Position numbers and translations under genes: made by a program
In this document: positions 9,195 to 19,258 of the stretch, piece after piece
Numbering within the stretch: the stretch's first letter is position 1
Layout: each line of letters begins with the position of its first letter
Assembly (NCBI GenBank): GCA_963555755.3
Contig: OY820905.2
Location: 3,072,001-3,136,000 of the forward strand
DNA length: 64,000 nucleotides
Direction of reading: 5' to 3'
Origin: Nitrospirales bacterium
Lineage (GTDB): Bacteria; Nitrospirota; Nitrospiria; Nitrospirales; UBA8639
The notes under the pieces: model-generated
Database searches by the model: none
The model's input: the letters and a program-made list of their open reading frames with translations, nothing else
Told to the model about the DNA's origin: nothing

Positions 9195-10061
9195 TTATTC
9201 AATAGAGGTATTGAATCCTTCTCGGCTGACTCCGACGCGGTCGGCGTCGCAAAAAACATTTTTGAAAATGCCTACGATTTCGTAAAACTTTTCCAAGGTC
9301 GTCCATTCCGCAAAGCCTGTGTTATCTAATAATTGCGGCAACGTGGTGCGTTGGGTGCGTTTCCCTTCAGGGCTTCCATCGCCAAGTAAATAATGATCCA
9401 GGATAACGCGATGGCTACTGGCTTCTAAATCTTTGGCAAATTGCCAGGGATCATGGAGCGGTAGCAAGGGACTCACTGTTGCGACGGTGTGGAGCCCTGC
9501 GGCTCGTAAGGTCTGAAGGGCGTGCATGCGGGACTCTGGGGAGTACGCGTGGCGCGGAAAGGGTTGAGGCAATGCCGACCGGTCTGTCTCAATGGTGATG
9601 TGGATGCGTAACTGGCAACGTCCATGGAGTTTTTGCAACACTGGAAGATCGTCGATGACCAACGGCGTGTGTGTTTGGATGACCAGCAAGTCCGGTGGCC
9701 GCGTAATCATTTCTTCCAAGAGGTGTCGTGTTCGGCGCGTTGTGCGTTCTTGCGGGGGATAGGGTTCCGTGACACTCGACATAAAAATTTTAATGGGTTT
9801 TGTCTTGCCAGATCTGGGATATTTCAACCGATCGTATTGCATACGATAGGCTTCAACGACGCCCTCTTTGACATCTAAAAAGCTCCCCCACTCCCGTCCT
9901 TGTAAGTGATACGGATTCCATTGTGCATAGCAGTACAACCCGCAAAGCGTATTCCCAAGCGCGCACCCACGGTACAGATTAATCGTGTGGGTAAAGCCTT
10001 TGCCCAGGAATCCGCCTGTGGGATTGAGAATCGTTCGGCAGGGGATGTCTTGGACCTTCAT
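9195..10061 (-). CDS. Radical SAM protein, SplB/Rv2578c-like DNA-repair family
   Basis: INLYRGCALGNTLCGLYCYA, IFMSSVTEPYPPQER, ITIETD. Confidence 0.8.
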   Translation of the reverse strand: MKVQDIPCRTILNPTGGFLGKGFTHTINLYRGCALGNTLCGLYCYAQWNPYHLQGREWGSFLDVKEGVVEAYRMQYDRLKYPRSGKTKPIKIFMSSVTEPYPPQERTTRRTRHLLEEMITRPPDLLVIQTHTPLVIDDLPVLQKLHGRCQLRIHITIETDRSALPQPFPRHAYSPESRMHALQTLRAAGLHTVATVSPLLPLHDPWQFAKDLEASSHRVILDHYLLGDGSPEGKRTQRTTLPQLLDNTGFAEWTTLEKFYEIVGIFKNVFCDADRVGVSREGFNTSIE

Positions 10062-10199
10062 GATCGGTCAGAGCCTGGTGTACACCAGTAGGTGCGTGGG
10101 TCGATTATTGTAAAACGGCTGCGAGGAGGTATCCCAAACTCCTTAATAGAGAGTACCATATTTACAGAGAAGAAAACGTAGTTCCCAAAGGAGACGCAC

Positions 10200-10697
10200 A
10201 TGAGAATGGCGATGTTTTTGAGTGTCTGGATTCTGTTCGCTCCGGTTCCGTGGTTGTTAGCCGAAGTTGAGCAACCCTCTCAGCATGAGGACGATCATCG
10301 CAGGGTAGAGGCAGCATGTTCTAAGAATCTGGTGCATCTTCAGGATGAAATGGAAATGCTGTTGAAATCGGTGTATGTCAAACAATTTCGAGAAACCATT
10401 CGCCGCTCGTTGACCGCCTCAATTCCAGAAGCGGTCAGCCGAATCGATGGACTCAAGGCCGAGATTGAATCCCTGCGACGAGAAATCCAATATCAGGTTC
10501 GCGTAGAAAAAAGCGCGGAATTTATTGTTCGGGATGTGTCGAAGAATCCTAATGGCCCTTTGACGCCCTGCAGGCGAACGGAAAAAGGCGGGTATTGCGA
10601 GACCCTTGAACGGTATTACATAGCCAAAGCTGCGAATCTGGCTAATCGAGGGTTTCTCCAAGCGCTCGAGTGTTATCACAAAAAAGGAAGCTATTGA
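10200..10697 (+). CDS. Exported hypothetical protein
   Basis: RBS GGAG, signal-peptide-like N-terminus, four Cys. Confidence 0.7.
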   Translation: MRMAMFLSVWILFAPVPWLLAEVEQPSQHEDDHRRVEAACSKNLVHLQDEMEMLLKSVYVKQFRETIRRSLTASIPEAVSRIDGLKAEIESLRREIQYQVRVEKSAEFIVRDVSKNPNGPLTPCRRTEKGGYCETLERYYIAKAANLANRGFLQALECYHKKGSY

Positions 10698-11050
10698 GAG
10701 GCCCAATCTGTTATCGGAAAATTTTGAATTGGTCAACAGTTCTATCAGGGTTTTTCCCTATTTCTTGACACCCCTCTGCTGCGAGTGCCATTGTACTGTC
10801 CTGCTCAGAACACTGGGCGGGAGTGGACTTCCGTATGAGAGGCTGCTTCCTTATCCCTTTGGTGCTGGCCGCGAACTAGGGGAACAGTATGGCCAAGGCA
10901 TTATCTGTTTCATCATGGAATAATTGAACTCTTCGGGGCAATGGAAAAAAATTGAGAAAAGCCCCAAAAGGCGCTTGCCCCCCATCCCAAGTTTTTTGAA
11001 AAACTACGAAGCCGACATCATGGCTATCGTATGAGGTACGAAGTAAAGTC

Positions 11051-12430
11051 GTGGTTCGATCGATTCGATATAAATCTTGGATAGGATTATGCCTCCACAT
11101 GCTGTTGGCGTTGACCTGTCTCTCGCTGATTCCCTCCCAGGCCTTTGCGATTTCTCAAGCAACCCTCTCAGCACAAAAATCTTCTAAGCCCCAGACTTTT
11201 AGGAGTTTCGAAACCCTCCAACCTGCCGAGGCCAAGGACCTCTTGCCGGCCGACCTTCTCAAAAACGATTATCACGAAGTGGGTAGTGGCGCCACGCCGG
11301 ATGGGTGGTGGTATCGGTATACGATTCAGTCGCCATTTGGTGCCTTCAAGGCTTGGGGCGAAGACATGCTCCGCATTCGAGTGCATGAAGTGCGGGCGTT
11401 GGTGAAGATGGAGCAAGACATGAGTCAACCCGCGGCGTTTGGGTATGGTGTGCTCGACACGGTCATCAGTCCGTTTAAATTTCTTTGGGGGCTCATCACG
11501 GAACCCATGGAAACGTTAACCGGAGTACCGGAGGGTATAAAGCGAGTGGGCTCGCGCATAGGAGAAATGGTGACGGGGGAGCGTGGGAAATTGGAAGATG
11601 GTGAAGGCCAGGAACTGGTCGGATATGGAGGTGTAAAACGAACGGTGGCATCATTGGTGGGCGTGAACGTGTATACCTCGAATCCCGTGCTACAAGAGCA
11701 ACTCGATAGCATTGCCGCTGCGGGATATTCCGGGGGCGTGGGTTCCCGCATTGCCTTGATTCCAGTGAGCGGGCCAATTGGCCTGGCCCTGACGACCACC
11801 TCATTCAGCCGAGCCATGAACGAAATGTTGCTTGAATATTCACCAGAGGATTTGCGGAAAATCAATCGTGAGATTCTTGAACGCATCGGCGTACGGAAAG
11901 ACGTGCGCGATGCGTTTCTCGCCCATCCCTGGTACTCACCGCGACATGAAACGATCTTGGTCCATGCGCTTGACGAAATGAAAGGCGTGGATGATCGAAG
12001 TTTGGTTCTCCAACTGGCGATGAGCGCGGATTCAGAAGAAGAGGCTTTGTTTGCACAGCGTTTCGTAGAAATGTTTGCGAGTTACCATCAAACCGTGGTG
12101 CCACTTGGGGAATTCATTCTTATCGACGAACATGTGTTGGTGGGGTATACCACGGATCAAGCATTAGTCGCTGTATTGCCACTTCCACGCGTAGCATGGA
12201 CTGGGGAGCTGGCCGAAGCCACGGATGCGGTGGTGAATTGGACCTCATCGGCGCACCCCATTCGGCGTGTGGAGTTGTGGATGTCAGGCCAACCCACCAC
12301 GCGTGCCCATGATGAATTGGAGAAACGCGGGGTCATGATTTTCGAAAAGAAGCGGAGTCGCCTTCTGCCTCCAGTCATTCCCGAACCCTTGCCAATGGTA
12401 AAAAAGCTGGGCGACTCAATGCCTTCATGA
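11051..12430 (+). CDS. Exported hypothetical protein
   Basis: 459-aa ORF with a signal peptide ending SQAFA; start uncertain. Confidence 0.8.
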   Translation: MVRSIRYKSWIGLCLHMLLALTCLSLIPSQAFAISQATLSAQKSSKPQTFRSFETLQPAEAKDLLPADLLKNDYHEVGSGATPDGWWYRYTIQSPFGAFKAWGEDMLRIRVHEVRALVKMEQDMSQPAAFGYGVLDTVISPFKFLWGLITEPMETLTGVPEGIKRVGSRIGEMVTGERGKLEDGEGQELVGYGGVKRTVASLVGVNVYTSNPVLQEQLDSIAAAGYSGGVGSRIALIPVSGPIGLALTTTSFSRAMNEMLLEYSPEDLRKINREILERIGVRKDVRDAFLAHPWYSPRHETILVHALDEMKGVDDRSLVLQLAMSADSEEEALFAQRFVEMFASYHQTVVPLGEFILIDEHVLVGYTTDQALVAVLPLPRVAWTGELAEATDAVVNWTSSAHPIRRVELWMSGQPTTRAHDELEKRGVMIFEKKRSRLLPPVIPEPLPMVKKLGDSMPS

Positions 12431-12572
12431 CTGACTGTGAACTAGAAATGATGCATGAAGAAAATGCAGGAGTGCTGAACGGGGAAACTCCCAGTCATTT
12501 CTGAAGAGAGAGGGCGGGGGATGCAGACGTTTGCAAAAAGTGATGTATGGAGTTGTATCGTGAAGGGCAACG

Positions 12573-13025
12573 TTGCACTTAAATCATTATAAAGAAGGAA
12601 GCGTCCCTTCACCCTGTACTGTCTCCAAAGGAGCGAGGGGGTTCAGAGGGCCCATTCTGTTAGCCATTCTCATCCTGCCGTGTTTGTGGAGCTCTACTCA
12701 TGCCCGTGATTTGGTTCAGCCCATGTTGTCCATTGAAGGTATGACCCAAGACCAACAACGGGTCTATCTCGATGGATTGGCGGATGGCTTTCAAATCATT
12801 AACGCCAAACTCCAGCGGCAGGGTCAGCAGCCGCTCTATTGCATTCCGGAAAAAGTTGTTGTCCTCGGGCGAGACTTATTGGAGTTTGCTACAGAAGATC
12901 TCCAAGGTCCCCAAGAGGATATCACCATCGCGGTCTCAGGCCTGCTCGGGCTTATCGAGCGCTATCCCTGCTCCAAGAAAAACGATCAACAATCACCTCC
13001 CGCAAAAAAACCTTCCTCAAGATAA
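12573..13025 (+). CDS. Exported hypothetical protein, weak Rap1a/Tai-like pattern
   Basis: Signal peptide; YLDGLADG...LYCIPE...RYPC; start uncertain. Confidence 0.55.
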   Translation: MHLNHYKEGSVPSPCTVSKGARGFRGPILLAILILPCLWSSTHARDLVQPMLSIEGMTQDQQRVYLDGLADGFQIINAKLQRQGQQPLYCIPEKVVVLGRDLLEFATEDLQGPQEDITIAVSGLLGLIERYPCSKKNDQQSPPAKKPSSR

Positions 13026-13028
13026 GTA

Positions 13029-13268
13029 GCAGGGTTTCGCCCCCGCGCGACGAGGCCCTTTTGTTTCGGCAAAAGGGACCAAAACCATTTCCGCCCGTGC
13101 GCGTCCCTGCGGGTGAACTCCGCCCCGGCACCGAATTATATGGCTGCGCAACTCGCTCCGAGGTGCAAAGCCACCTCTCCGCTCAAACAATGCTCGCCGA
13201 ATAGTCGAATTCGGTACTAGCCTTCGCCAAGAGACCGATTCAGGCCGGAGGCTCCGCCGCGCTCAACG
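13029..13268 (-). repeat. Dispersed repeat family A, copy 2
   Basis: Reverse-orientation match: cttttgtttcggcaaaagggaccaaaaccat...aactcgctcc...ctccgctcaaaca. Confidence 0.85.
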
Positions 13269-13586
13269 CTAACTATCTTTTCTATTGAGATATTTAATAG
13301 AAGAGTGGGGATGAAGTAAAAGTTCTCAAAGAGAAGGAAGAGCTATTTGTGTTTCAACACGAAAAACACAATCTCTCACTAGAGGTTGCGCCGTTTATGA
13401 TTTTTGGTGGGGATTTTGAGAAGAACCAGACGTACCTCTGGAACCCTGTTGAGTTCTTTCCTCTTTAACTAATTTTTCATAAACCCGACCAAAAACTTTG
13501 TTTGCCTGGTTTATTTGTCCTTGTTTTTTTTCAGAGTCCATAAAGGTTTCCTCCCTTTATTTGTTACAGGATGACCTACTAAAGTA

Positions 13587-14462
13587 CTATTTATCATCAT
13601 TATCGGTAAATAGGTAGATAAACGTATGGAGAACAATAAAGATTAATCCGGCCTGCTCTTTCAAAAGGTTAACAATCAATTCTTCGGCTTTTAAGAAAAG
13701 ACCTGGTTTTTGAGCATCAAGACAAAGACATCCAACGATATATCCATCCTCATAATCTTGGCAGTAAATAGGAACAGTAATTATCGTTCCGTATTTGTCT
13801 CTCCATTGCGGGTCGGAGTTCATATATTCTTTAGAATCAGCCGATTTATAAAGATTATGATTTATATAGTGGGGACGAAGTGATACTTCTTTGCTAGCAA
13901 TATAGGTGAATTCTGTGTTTTCACTGATAAGTCCAGAGGAGAACTCAACACTTTCAGGTCTTCCTTGTCGCGCATCTGAGTTTCGACACAGGGTGTAAAA
14001 TGACTCCTCTACTCTTCTTACTTTAATAGAAACTACGACTTCATCCTGAACAATCAGCCAAATCACGTCTCGAAAATTATCCAACATTTGCCGTAATACA
14101 TTTTGCAGTTCTTTTTCTTCTCTGCCTTCAGGTGCTTCAAAGAGCTTGATATAAGAGTTCGCAGCCCGAGCACCCATTTGTTCAAAAACGTTTGGATCTT
14201 TTAAGAGCCTTCTTTCGGTCCCTCGCTGTAAAACCAAGCTGAAAAGTATACCGGTGAGACTTACAAAAATAGCAAGAAGGCTTGATAAAATAAGAATCGA
14301 CGTTTCCGAAGAGTTGTCTGAAGTAAAAAAAGAAAAGCCAAAAAGGGAGAGGGCAATAATGCTTGCAATAAAGCCTACAGCAGGAACAAGTCCACGGAAG
14401 GATTCCGGCAAAACTGTATAAAAAAACTTATATCCCCAAACACTTAAATTTCCTCTTACCAT
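13587..14462 (-). CDS. AT-rich membrane protein with a possible C-terminal GAF-like domain
   Basis: Two N-terminal TM segments; YGTIITVPIY...IVGCLCLDA; visibly lower GC than its neighbours. Confidence 0.7.
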   Translation of the reverse strand: MVRGNLSVWGYKFFYTVLPESFRGLVPAVGFIASIIALSLFGFSFFTSDNSSETSILILSSLLAIFVSLTGILFSLVLQRGTERRLLKDPNVFEQMGARAANSYIKLFEAPEGREEKELQNVLRQMLDNFRDVIWLIVQDEVVVSIKVRRVEESFYTLCRNSDARQGRPESVEFSSGLISENTEFTYIASKEVSLRPHYINHNLYKSADSKEYMNSDPQWRDKYGTIITVPIYCQDYEDGYIVGCLCLDAQKPGLFLKAEELIVNLLKEQAGLIFIVLHTFIYLFTDNDDK

Positions 14463-14622
14463 CTATGACCTTTGCCCAATAGGTGCATCGCTTTAGATAT
14501 AATAGTGTACTTCATTGGGTTCAAACATATCTAATGATTTTTTTAGGGACATTGTGAGAAAAACGTCCCTTACGGTAGATGTTAGGGAAGTTTTGTAAAA
14601 TCAATTGCTATGAATTTTTCCT

Positions 14623-14822
14623 TTCCTCCGCCTTCGGGCGCGGCTTTGCCGCGGAATCAAATTCGACCATTCTGGTGAGGGCTGTTTGAGCGGAGCGAGT
14701 TCCCGAGCCATATAATTTGGTTTCGTGGCAAAGCCTACCCGTAGGGGCCGCGCCCGGGCGAGAATGGTTTTGGTCCCTTTTGCCGAAACAAAAGGGACTC
14801 GTCGGCGGGGGCGAAACCCCGC
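14623..14822 (+). repeat. Dispersed repeat family A, copy 3
   Basis: gggctgtttgagcggagcgagttcccgagcc...tggttttggtcccttttgccgaaacaaaaggg...gaaaccccgc. Confidence 0.85.
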
Positions 14823-14829
14823 ATAAAGG

Positions 14830-15459
14830 TTAAGAGAATTCCTTCCAATTCGCATAAGGCTTTATTTTATATATCTCCTCAATGGAATTGCCCAACCCCA
14901 CTCCTTGCTCCTCAAACAATTTAGCAGTACGCCAGAGCGGAAGCCCGACAATGGTCGGATAATCCCCCTCAATCTTTTCAATGAGCTTGGCCCCTTGGCC
15001 TTGAATCGAATACCCCCCAGCCTTGCCTAAGCTTTCTTCTGTGTTCAAATAATTTCCCAGTTCCACTTCGTCAAACGGTTTGATCCAAACGTGGGCGGTT
15101 TCCACTAGTGCCACTAAAAGATCCGCTGCTTTTTGAATCAATGCCAAGCCTGTGTGCACTTGATGGCAACGGCCTCGGAGTTGGCGCAACATGATTTCGG
15201 CTTCCTTAATATTTTCCGGTTTGCCCAGCAAGGTGCCACCTATTTCGATGAGGGTATCGCTTCCAAGGACCAGATGGTGTGGGTGTTGAATGGCAATGGA
15301 CTCGGCCTTGTCTATGGAAAATTGTTTGGCTTGCTCAGACGGGGTTAAATGCGGCGAAAGGATTTCTTCGCAAGTCGGCGGAATAATATCAAAAGAAATT
15401 CCGAGCAACGCAAGCAATTCGCGGCGGCGAGGTGAGGTGGAGGCTAGGATGATCTTCAC
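14830..15459 (-). CDS. maf: Maf family nucleoside triphosphate pyrophosphatase
   Basis: IILASTSPRRRELL, GSDT, LGKP, KAGGYSIQG, GLP. Confidence 0.95.
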   Translation of the reverse strand: MKIILASTSPRRRELLALLGISFDIIPPTCEEILSPHLTPSEQAKQFSIDKAESIAIQHPHHLVLGSDTLIEIGGTLLGKPENIKEAEIMLRQLRGRCHQVHTGLALIQKAADLLVALVETAHVWIKPFDEVELGNYLNTEESLGKAGGYSIQGQGAKLIEKIEGDYPTIVGLPLWRTAKLFEEQGVGLGNSIEEIYKIKPYANWKEFS

Positions 15460-15472
15460 GAAAATTTAGACG

Positions 15473-15821
15473 AGGACCTGAGAGAAAATACCTTGGACAA
15501 TATCGCGCCAAGATTTGGGTCGGATTTGGACGGACCGATTGAGAAGAACGCGAAGCATAGCACAGCTATGTTGAGGGTTTTTCGATTGAGGCCCGTTCAA
15601 CCTAGAAACAGCAGTTGGGCGCAAAAAAGCCGTGTAAGACATTGGGGTGCATGGTGAAATACAAAAAGTCGTGGTCACCTCGGTGGTGATAAGACATTTT
15701 TGTATTTTGCCAGGTGCGCCAAGAGCTTGCGCGGACTTTTGTGATCCAACTGCTGTTTCTAGGTTCCAAGATGGCCCGAAGATTGGATGCGAGATGTCCA
15801 AGGTATTTTCTCTCAGGTCCT
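15473..15821. mobile_element. MITE family E with a nested family D MITE
   Basis: Long TIR aggacctgagagaaaataccttggaca / tgtccaaggtattttctctcaggtcct. Confidence 0.8.
15599..15765. mobile_element. MITE family D, copy 1
   Basis: TIR aacctagaaacagcagttgg / ccaactgctgtttctaggtt; inverted copy at 48726-48892 and a lone end at 19979. Confidence 0.85.
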
Positions 15822-16959
15822 AAGACGATGCGCTCACAGCTTCTGCTTCAGTGAGAACGTGTTGGGACATATATTCTTCGACCAAGCCCTTCACGTCTTG
15901 GGCATTGTTTGTTTTTACCATATTGGCGCGCATGGCGGCAGCATGGGGGAATCCACTGCAATACCATCCGAGGTGTTTCCGCATGCGGGGAAACCGTGGC
16001 GCATCATTGAAGGATTCAAACAGGGTCGCATGGTCGATCATCATCTGAAAACGTGTTTCCAGTGAAACCGATGCCTCGGGAAGTGACGGTGGATTGGGGT
16101 TGTGGGTGGCGTGTCGAATGAGCTCCTTTCCTTGAAAAATCCACGGATTTCCTTGCGCCGCGCGTCCAATGAGAATCCCATCGACCCCGCTGGCTTGAAT
16201 CCGGCTCACGGCTTCATTGCGTGAACGAATGTCGCCGTTGCCTAACACTAGAATGCCACGGGATTTGATGTGTTGTGCGGCGCTGGCGATGGTTTCCCAG
16301 TCCGCTTCTCCCCGATACATTTGTGCCAAAGTTCGCCCGTGAATCGAGATGACTTCCGGTTGGCCTTGAGCCAGGCAATCACTCCATTCGTTGATGACCA
16401 CCGAGTCATAGCCGAGCCGGGTCTTGACCGTGAGAGGGAGCAGCGCACGTGGTGGCTGGTCTTTTTCAAGCCAACGATCTGCGTTTCTTTCTTCGGCCTG
16501 TTCGATCGCAGCCTTTTTCAATCCTAGATCTGCAAGTGTTTGTCCATTGGCCCAATCAGTCAGTCCTTGTTTGGCCGAGGCCATGATCTCCAAGGCCAAT
16601 TCAGGAGTGCGAATCAGACCGGCCCCGCTTCCCGAGGAAGCCACGTTTTTTGACGGGCACCCCATGTTGATATCCATTCCATCAAAGCCTAATTCCCCAA
16701 TCACATGCGCGGCTTTGTAAAATAATGCAGGATCTTTTCCGTACAATTGCGCTACGATGGGGCGTTCGCATTCGGAGTAGCGTAGGGGTTCCCAGCCCAT
16801 TCGGCCCCCATGACAAATGTCGTGAACATTGGTGAACTCGGTAAAGGTCACATCGGGTTGGCCGTGGGTGGCCATAATATGGCGGAAGGTCACGTCGGTG
16901 ACCCCATCCATGGGGGAAAGGCCCACAATGGGACAAGGTAATGATTGCCAAAAACTCAT
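15820..16959 (-). CDS. dusB: tRNA-dihydrouridine synthase
   Basis: LSPMDGVTD, DINMGCP, VKTRLG, IHGRT, GNGDI, GRAAQGNPWIF, RKHLGWY. Confidence 0.9.
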   Translation of the reverse strand: MSFWQSLPCPIVGLSPMDGVTDVTFRHIMATHGQPDVTFTEFTNVHDICHGGRMGWEPLRYSECERPIVAQLYGKDPALFYKAAHVIGELGFDGMDINMGCPSKNVASSGSGAGLIRTPELALEIMASAKQGLTDWANGQTLADLGLKKAAIEQAEERNADRWLEKDQPPRALLPLTVKTRLGYDSVVINEWSDCLAQGQPEVISIHGRTLAQMYRGEADWETIASAAQHIKSRGILVLGNGDIRSRNEAVSRIQASGVDGILIGRAAQGNPWIFQGKELIRHATHNPNPPSLPEASVSLETRFQMMIDHATLFESFNDAPRFPRMRKHLGWYCSGFPHAAAMRANMVKTNNAQDVKGLVEEYMSQHVLTEAEAVSASS

Positions 16960-17148
16960 AGGAGGTAGGGTTTTACAATGCTCATGTTACTATGTGTGGG
17001 TTGCGAAATAGTTGATTTCATCCTTAAGAAAACCGAAAAGAACAATGGCAGGCCCTGCCATCTTTCTACTGAACAAAATAGTATGGTTGGTATCCAATTG
17101 TCCAGCTTGATTGTCGTTATGAAAAAGTCTTAGCCGAGAACTGACCAG

Positions 17149-18261
17149 ATGATGAAACACCTTGAAGAGCCTTTTGATGAGACCATTTCCGCAGGTACCC
17201 CTTCGAAGGATCAATCCGAAGATTCTGCAGGTCTGCTTGCCAAACTTGAAACCCTCTTATCAGGCCCACCGTCTGATTTGCGAACTGTGCTCATCCGAGA
17301 AATGCTGGCCGGGATCGTGAAATTTCATGAGCATTCCATCGATGTATTAGATATTAAGATCGTCAATCGGGCTTTGAAGGAATTGCGGTATGCGTTTCAG
17401 GTCTTTCAGCCCTATGAACATTGTTTGAAAGTTAGCATTTATGGTTCAGCCAGAACACCTTCCGATCATCCAGATTTTCAATTGGCTGCTCGATTCGGTC
17501 GGCTTCTTAGTCAGCAGGGTTTTATGGTCATCACGGGAGCAGGGCCGGGGATTATGGAGGCTGGGCACCAAGGTGCTGGGAAAGACATGAGTTTTGGCGT
17601 CAATATCATGTTGCCTTATGAGCAATCCGCCAATGCGACGATTGCCGATGATCCGAAACTTATCCACTTGAAATACTTTTTTACCCGAAAACTGTTGTTT
17701 GTTCGTGAGGCGCAAGCTGCCGCGTTTTTTCCTGGCGGATTGGGCACCATGGATGAGGCCTTTGAGATTCTGACTCTCATTCAAACCGGAAAAGCGAATC
17801 TTGTTCCCATTGTGTGTCTTCAGGCCCAAGGGTCGGATTATTGGGATCGATGGATGGACTTTGTGGCAGGCCAACTTCTGCCACGAGGACTGATTTCTGA
17901 ATCAGACTTAAGCCTGTTTAAGATTTTTGATCACGAAGAACCGGCGGTGCAGGAGATCCAAGACTTTTATCGAAACTTTCATTCGTTCAAGTTTGTCCGC
18001 GAGCTATTGGTCGTCAGAATTCGGCAGCCGCTTACTCCCCTTCAACTAGCCGATGTACAGTCAAATTTTCAGGATCTCTGCGTGGACGGTTCATTCTCTA
18101 CCGTCCAGGCCTTTCCTCAAGAACAAGATGAAACAGAGGCCCTGCATCTACCCCGCCTGGCGTTTCATTACCATCGACGGAATGCTGGTCGTCTTCGTCA
18201 ATTTATTAACTGGTTGAATGGATTACAGAAAGAATCCTCTCCCGCAAGGGATGAAGGCTGA
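17149..18261 (+). CDS. LOG family (TIGR00730-like) nucleotide phosphoribohydrolase
   Basis: VSIYGSAR, TGAGPGIMEA, FFTRKLLFV, PGGLGTMDE. Confidence 0.9.
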   Translation: MMKHLEEPFDETISAGTPSKDQSEDSAGLLAKLETLLSGPPSDLRTVLIREMLAGIVKFHEHSIDVLDIKIVNRALKELRYAFQVFQPYEHCLKVSIYGSARTPSDHPDFQLAARFGRLLSQQGFMVITGAGPGIMEAGHQGAGKDMSFGVNIMLPYEQSANATIADDPKLIHLKYFFTRKLLFVREAQAAAFFPGGLGTMDEAFEILTLIQTGKANLVPIVCLQAQGSDYWDRWMDFVAGQLLPRGLISESDLSLFKIFDHEEPAVQEIQDFYRNFHSFKFVRELLVVRIRQPLTPLQLADVQSNFQDLCVDGSFSTVQAFPQEQDETEALHLPRLAFHYHRRNAGRLRQFINWLNGLQKESSPARDEG

Positions 18262-18336
18262 TAAGGGTCAGGTAGCACAAACCTGGTTTTAGGAATTCGA
18301 GAGTCCTGGCCCTTTGTCCAAAGGGGCAATCATGAT

Positions 18337-19218
18337 ATGGTATCGGGTTCCATGAATGATAGAGCCCAAAACCAAATGTCTGTTTCCCCAAAATCAGAGC
18401 CAAATGTTGTGTTGTACCATGCTGATTGCATGGATGGGTTTGGCGCGGCTTGGGCCCTATGGAAGCGCTATCCTACAGCCGAGTATATTCCTGTCAAGCA
18501 TGGTCAAGTACCGCCTTCAGGTCTGGATGGCCAGCATGTGATAATGGCTGATTTTAGCTATGCGCGAGAGGTCATTGAACAGATCAACCAGGTGGCAGCG
18601 AGCTTTCAAATCCTGGATCACCATGTCACCGCCCAAGCCGCGTTGGCTGGGCTTCCCTATGCCTATTTTGACATGAAGAAAAGCGGCGCGGTGTTGGCAT
18701 GGGAGTGGGCGCATCAGGAGCCGGTCCCGTGGCTGCTGCAATACATCCAAGACAAAGATCTCTGGGAATGGCGATTATCACAGAGCCGTGAAATCAGTGC
18801 AGCTTTAGCCTCCTACCCCTTTGATTTTTCAGTATGGGATAGTTTGGATCAGAAGGTGCTGGAGATTGAAGGACGAGCCATCCTGCGGTTGGAAGGCACA
18901 CTGATCGCCAAAATGGTGGAAGAAGCGGCCTTGGTTTCCTTTCAAGGAGAAACGATTCCTGCTGTCTATAGTCCGGTCATGACCAGCCAAATTGGGGAGC
19001 GATTGTGCCAAGGATTTCCATTTTGCATTATTTGGCATCAGCAAGACGGGCGACGATACTTTAGCTTGCGTTCGCGGTCTGGAACGACGGATGTTTCTGC
19101 CATTGCGGCCAAATTTGGAGGTGGCGGACATATCCATGCTGCGGGGTTTTCCCTTCCGCTTTTATCGTCCACCGATCAGCTGCTTGACCCAGTTAAAAAT
19201 TATTTCGCGGCAGAATAG
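18337..19218 (+). CDS. DHH/DHHA1 family phosphoesterase
   Basis: YHADCMDG, LDHH, SLRS...GGGGHIHAAG; start uncertain. Confidence 0.9.
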   Translation: MVSGSMNDRAQNQMSVSPKSEPNVVLYHADCMDGFGAAWALWKRYPTAEYIPVKHGQVPPSGLDGQHVIMADFSYAREVIEQINQVAASFQILDHHVTAQAALAGLPYAYFDMKKSGAVLAWEWAHQEPVPWLLQYIQDKDLWEWRLSQSREISAALASYPFDFSVWDSLDQKVLEIEGRAILRLEGTLIAKMVEEAALVSFQGETIPAVYSPVMTSQIGERLCQGFPFCIIWHQQDGRRYFSLRSRSGTTDVSAIAAKFGGGGHIHAAGFSLPLLSSTDQLLDPVKNYFAAE

Positions 19219-19258
19219 CCTTCATCTCGGCCAATCCTTTTATAAAACTTCCTGGCCT

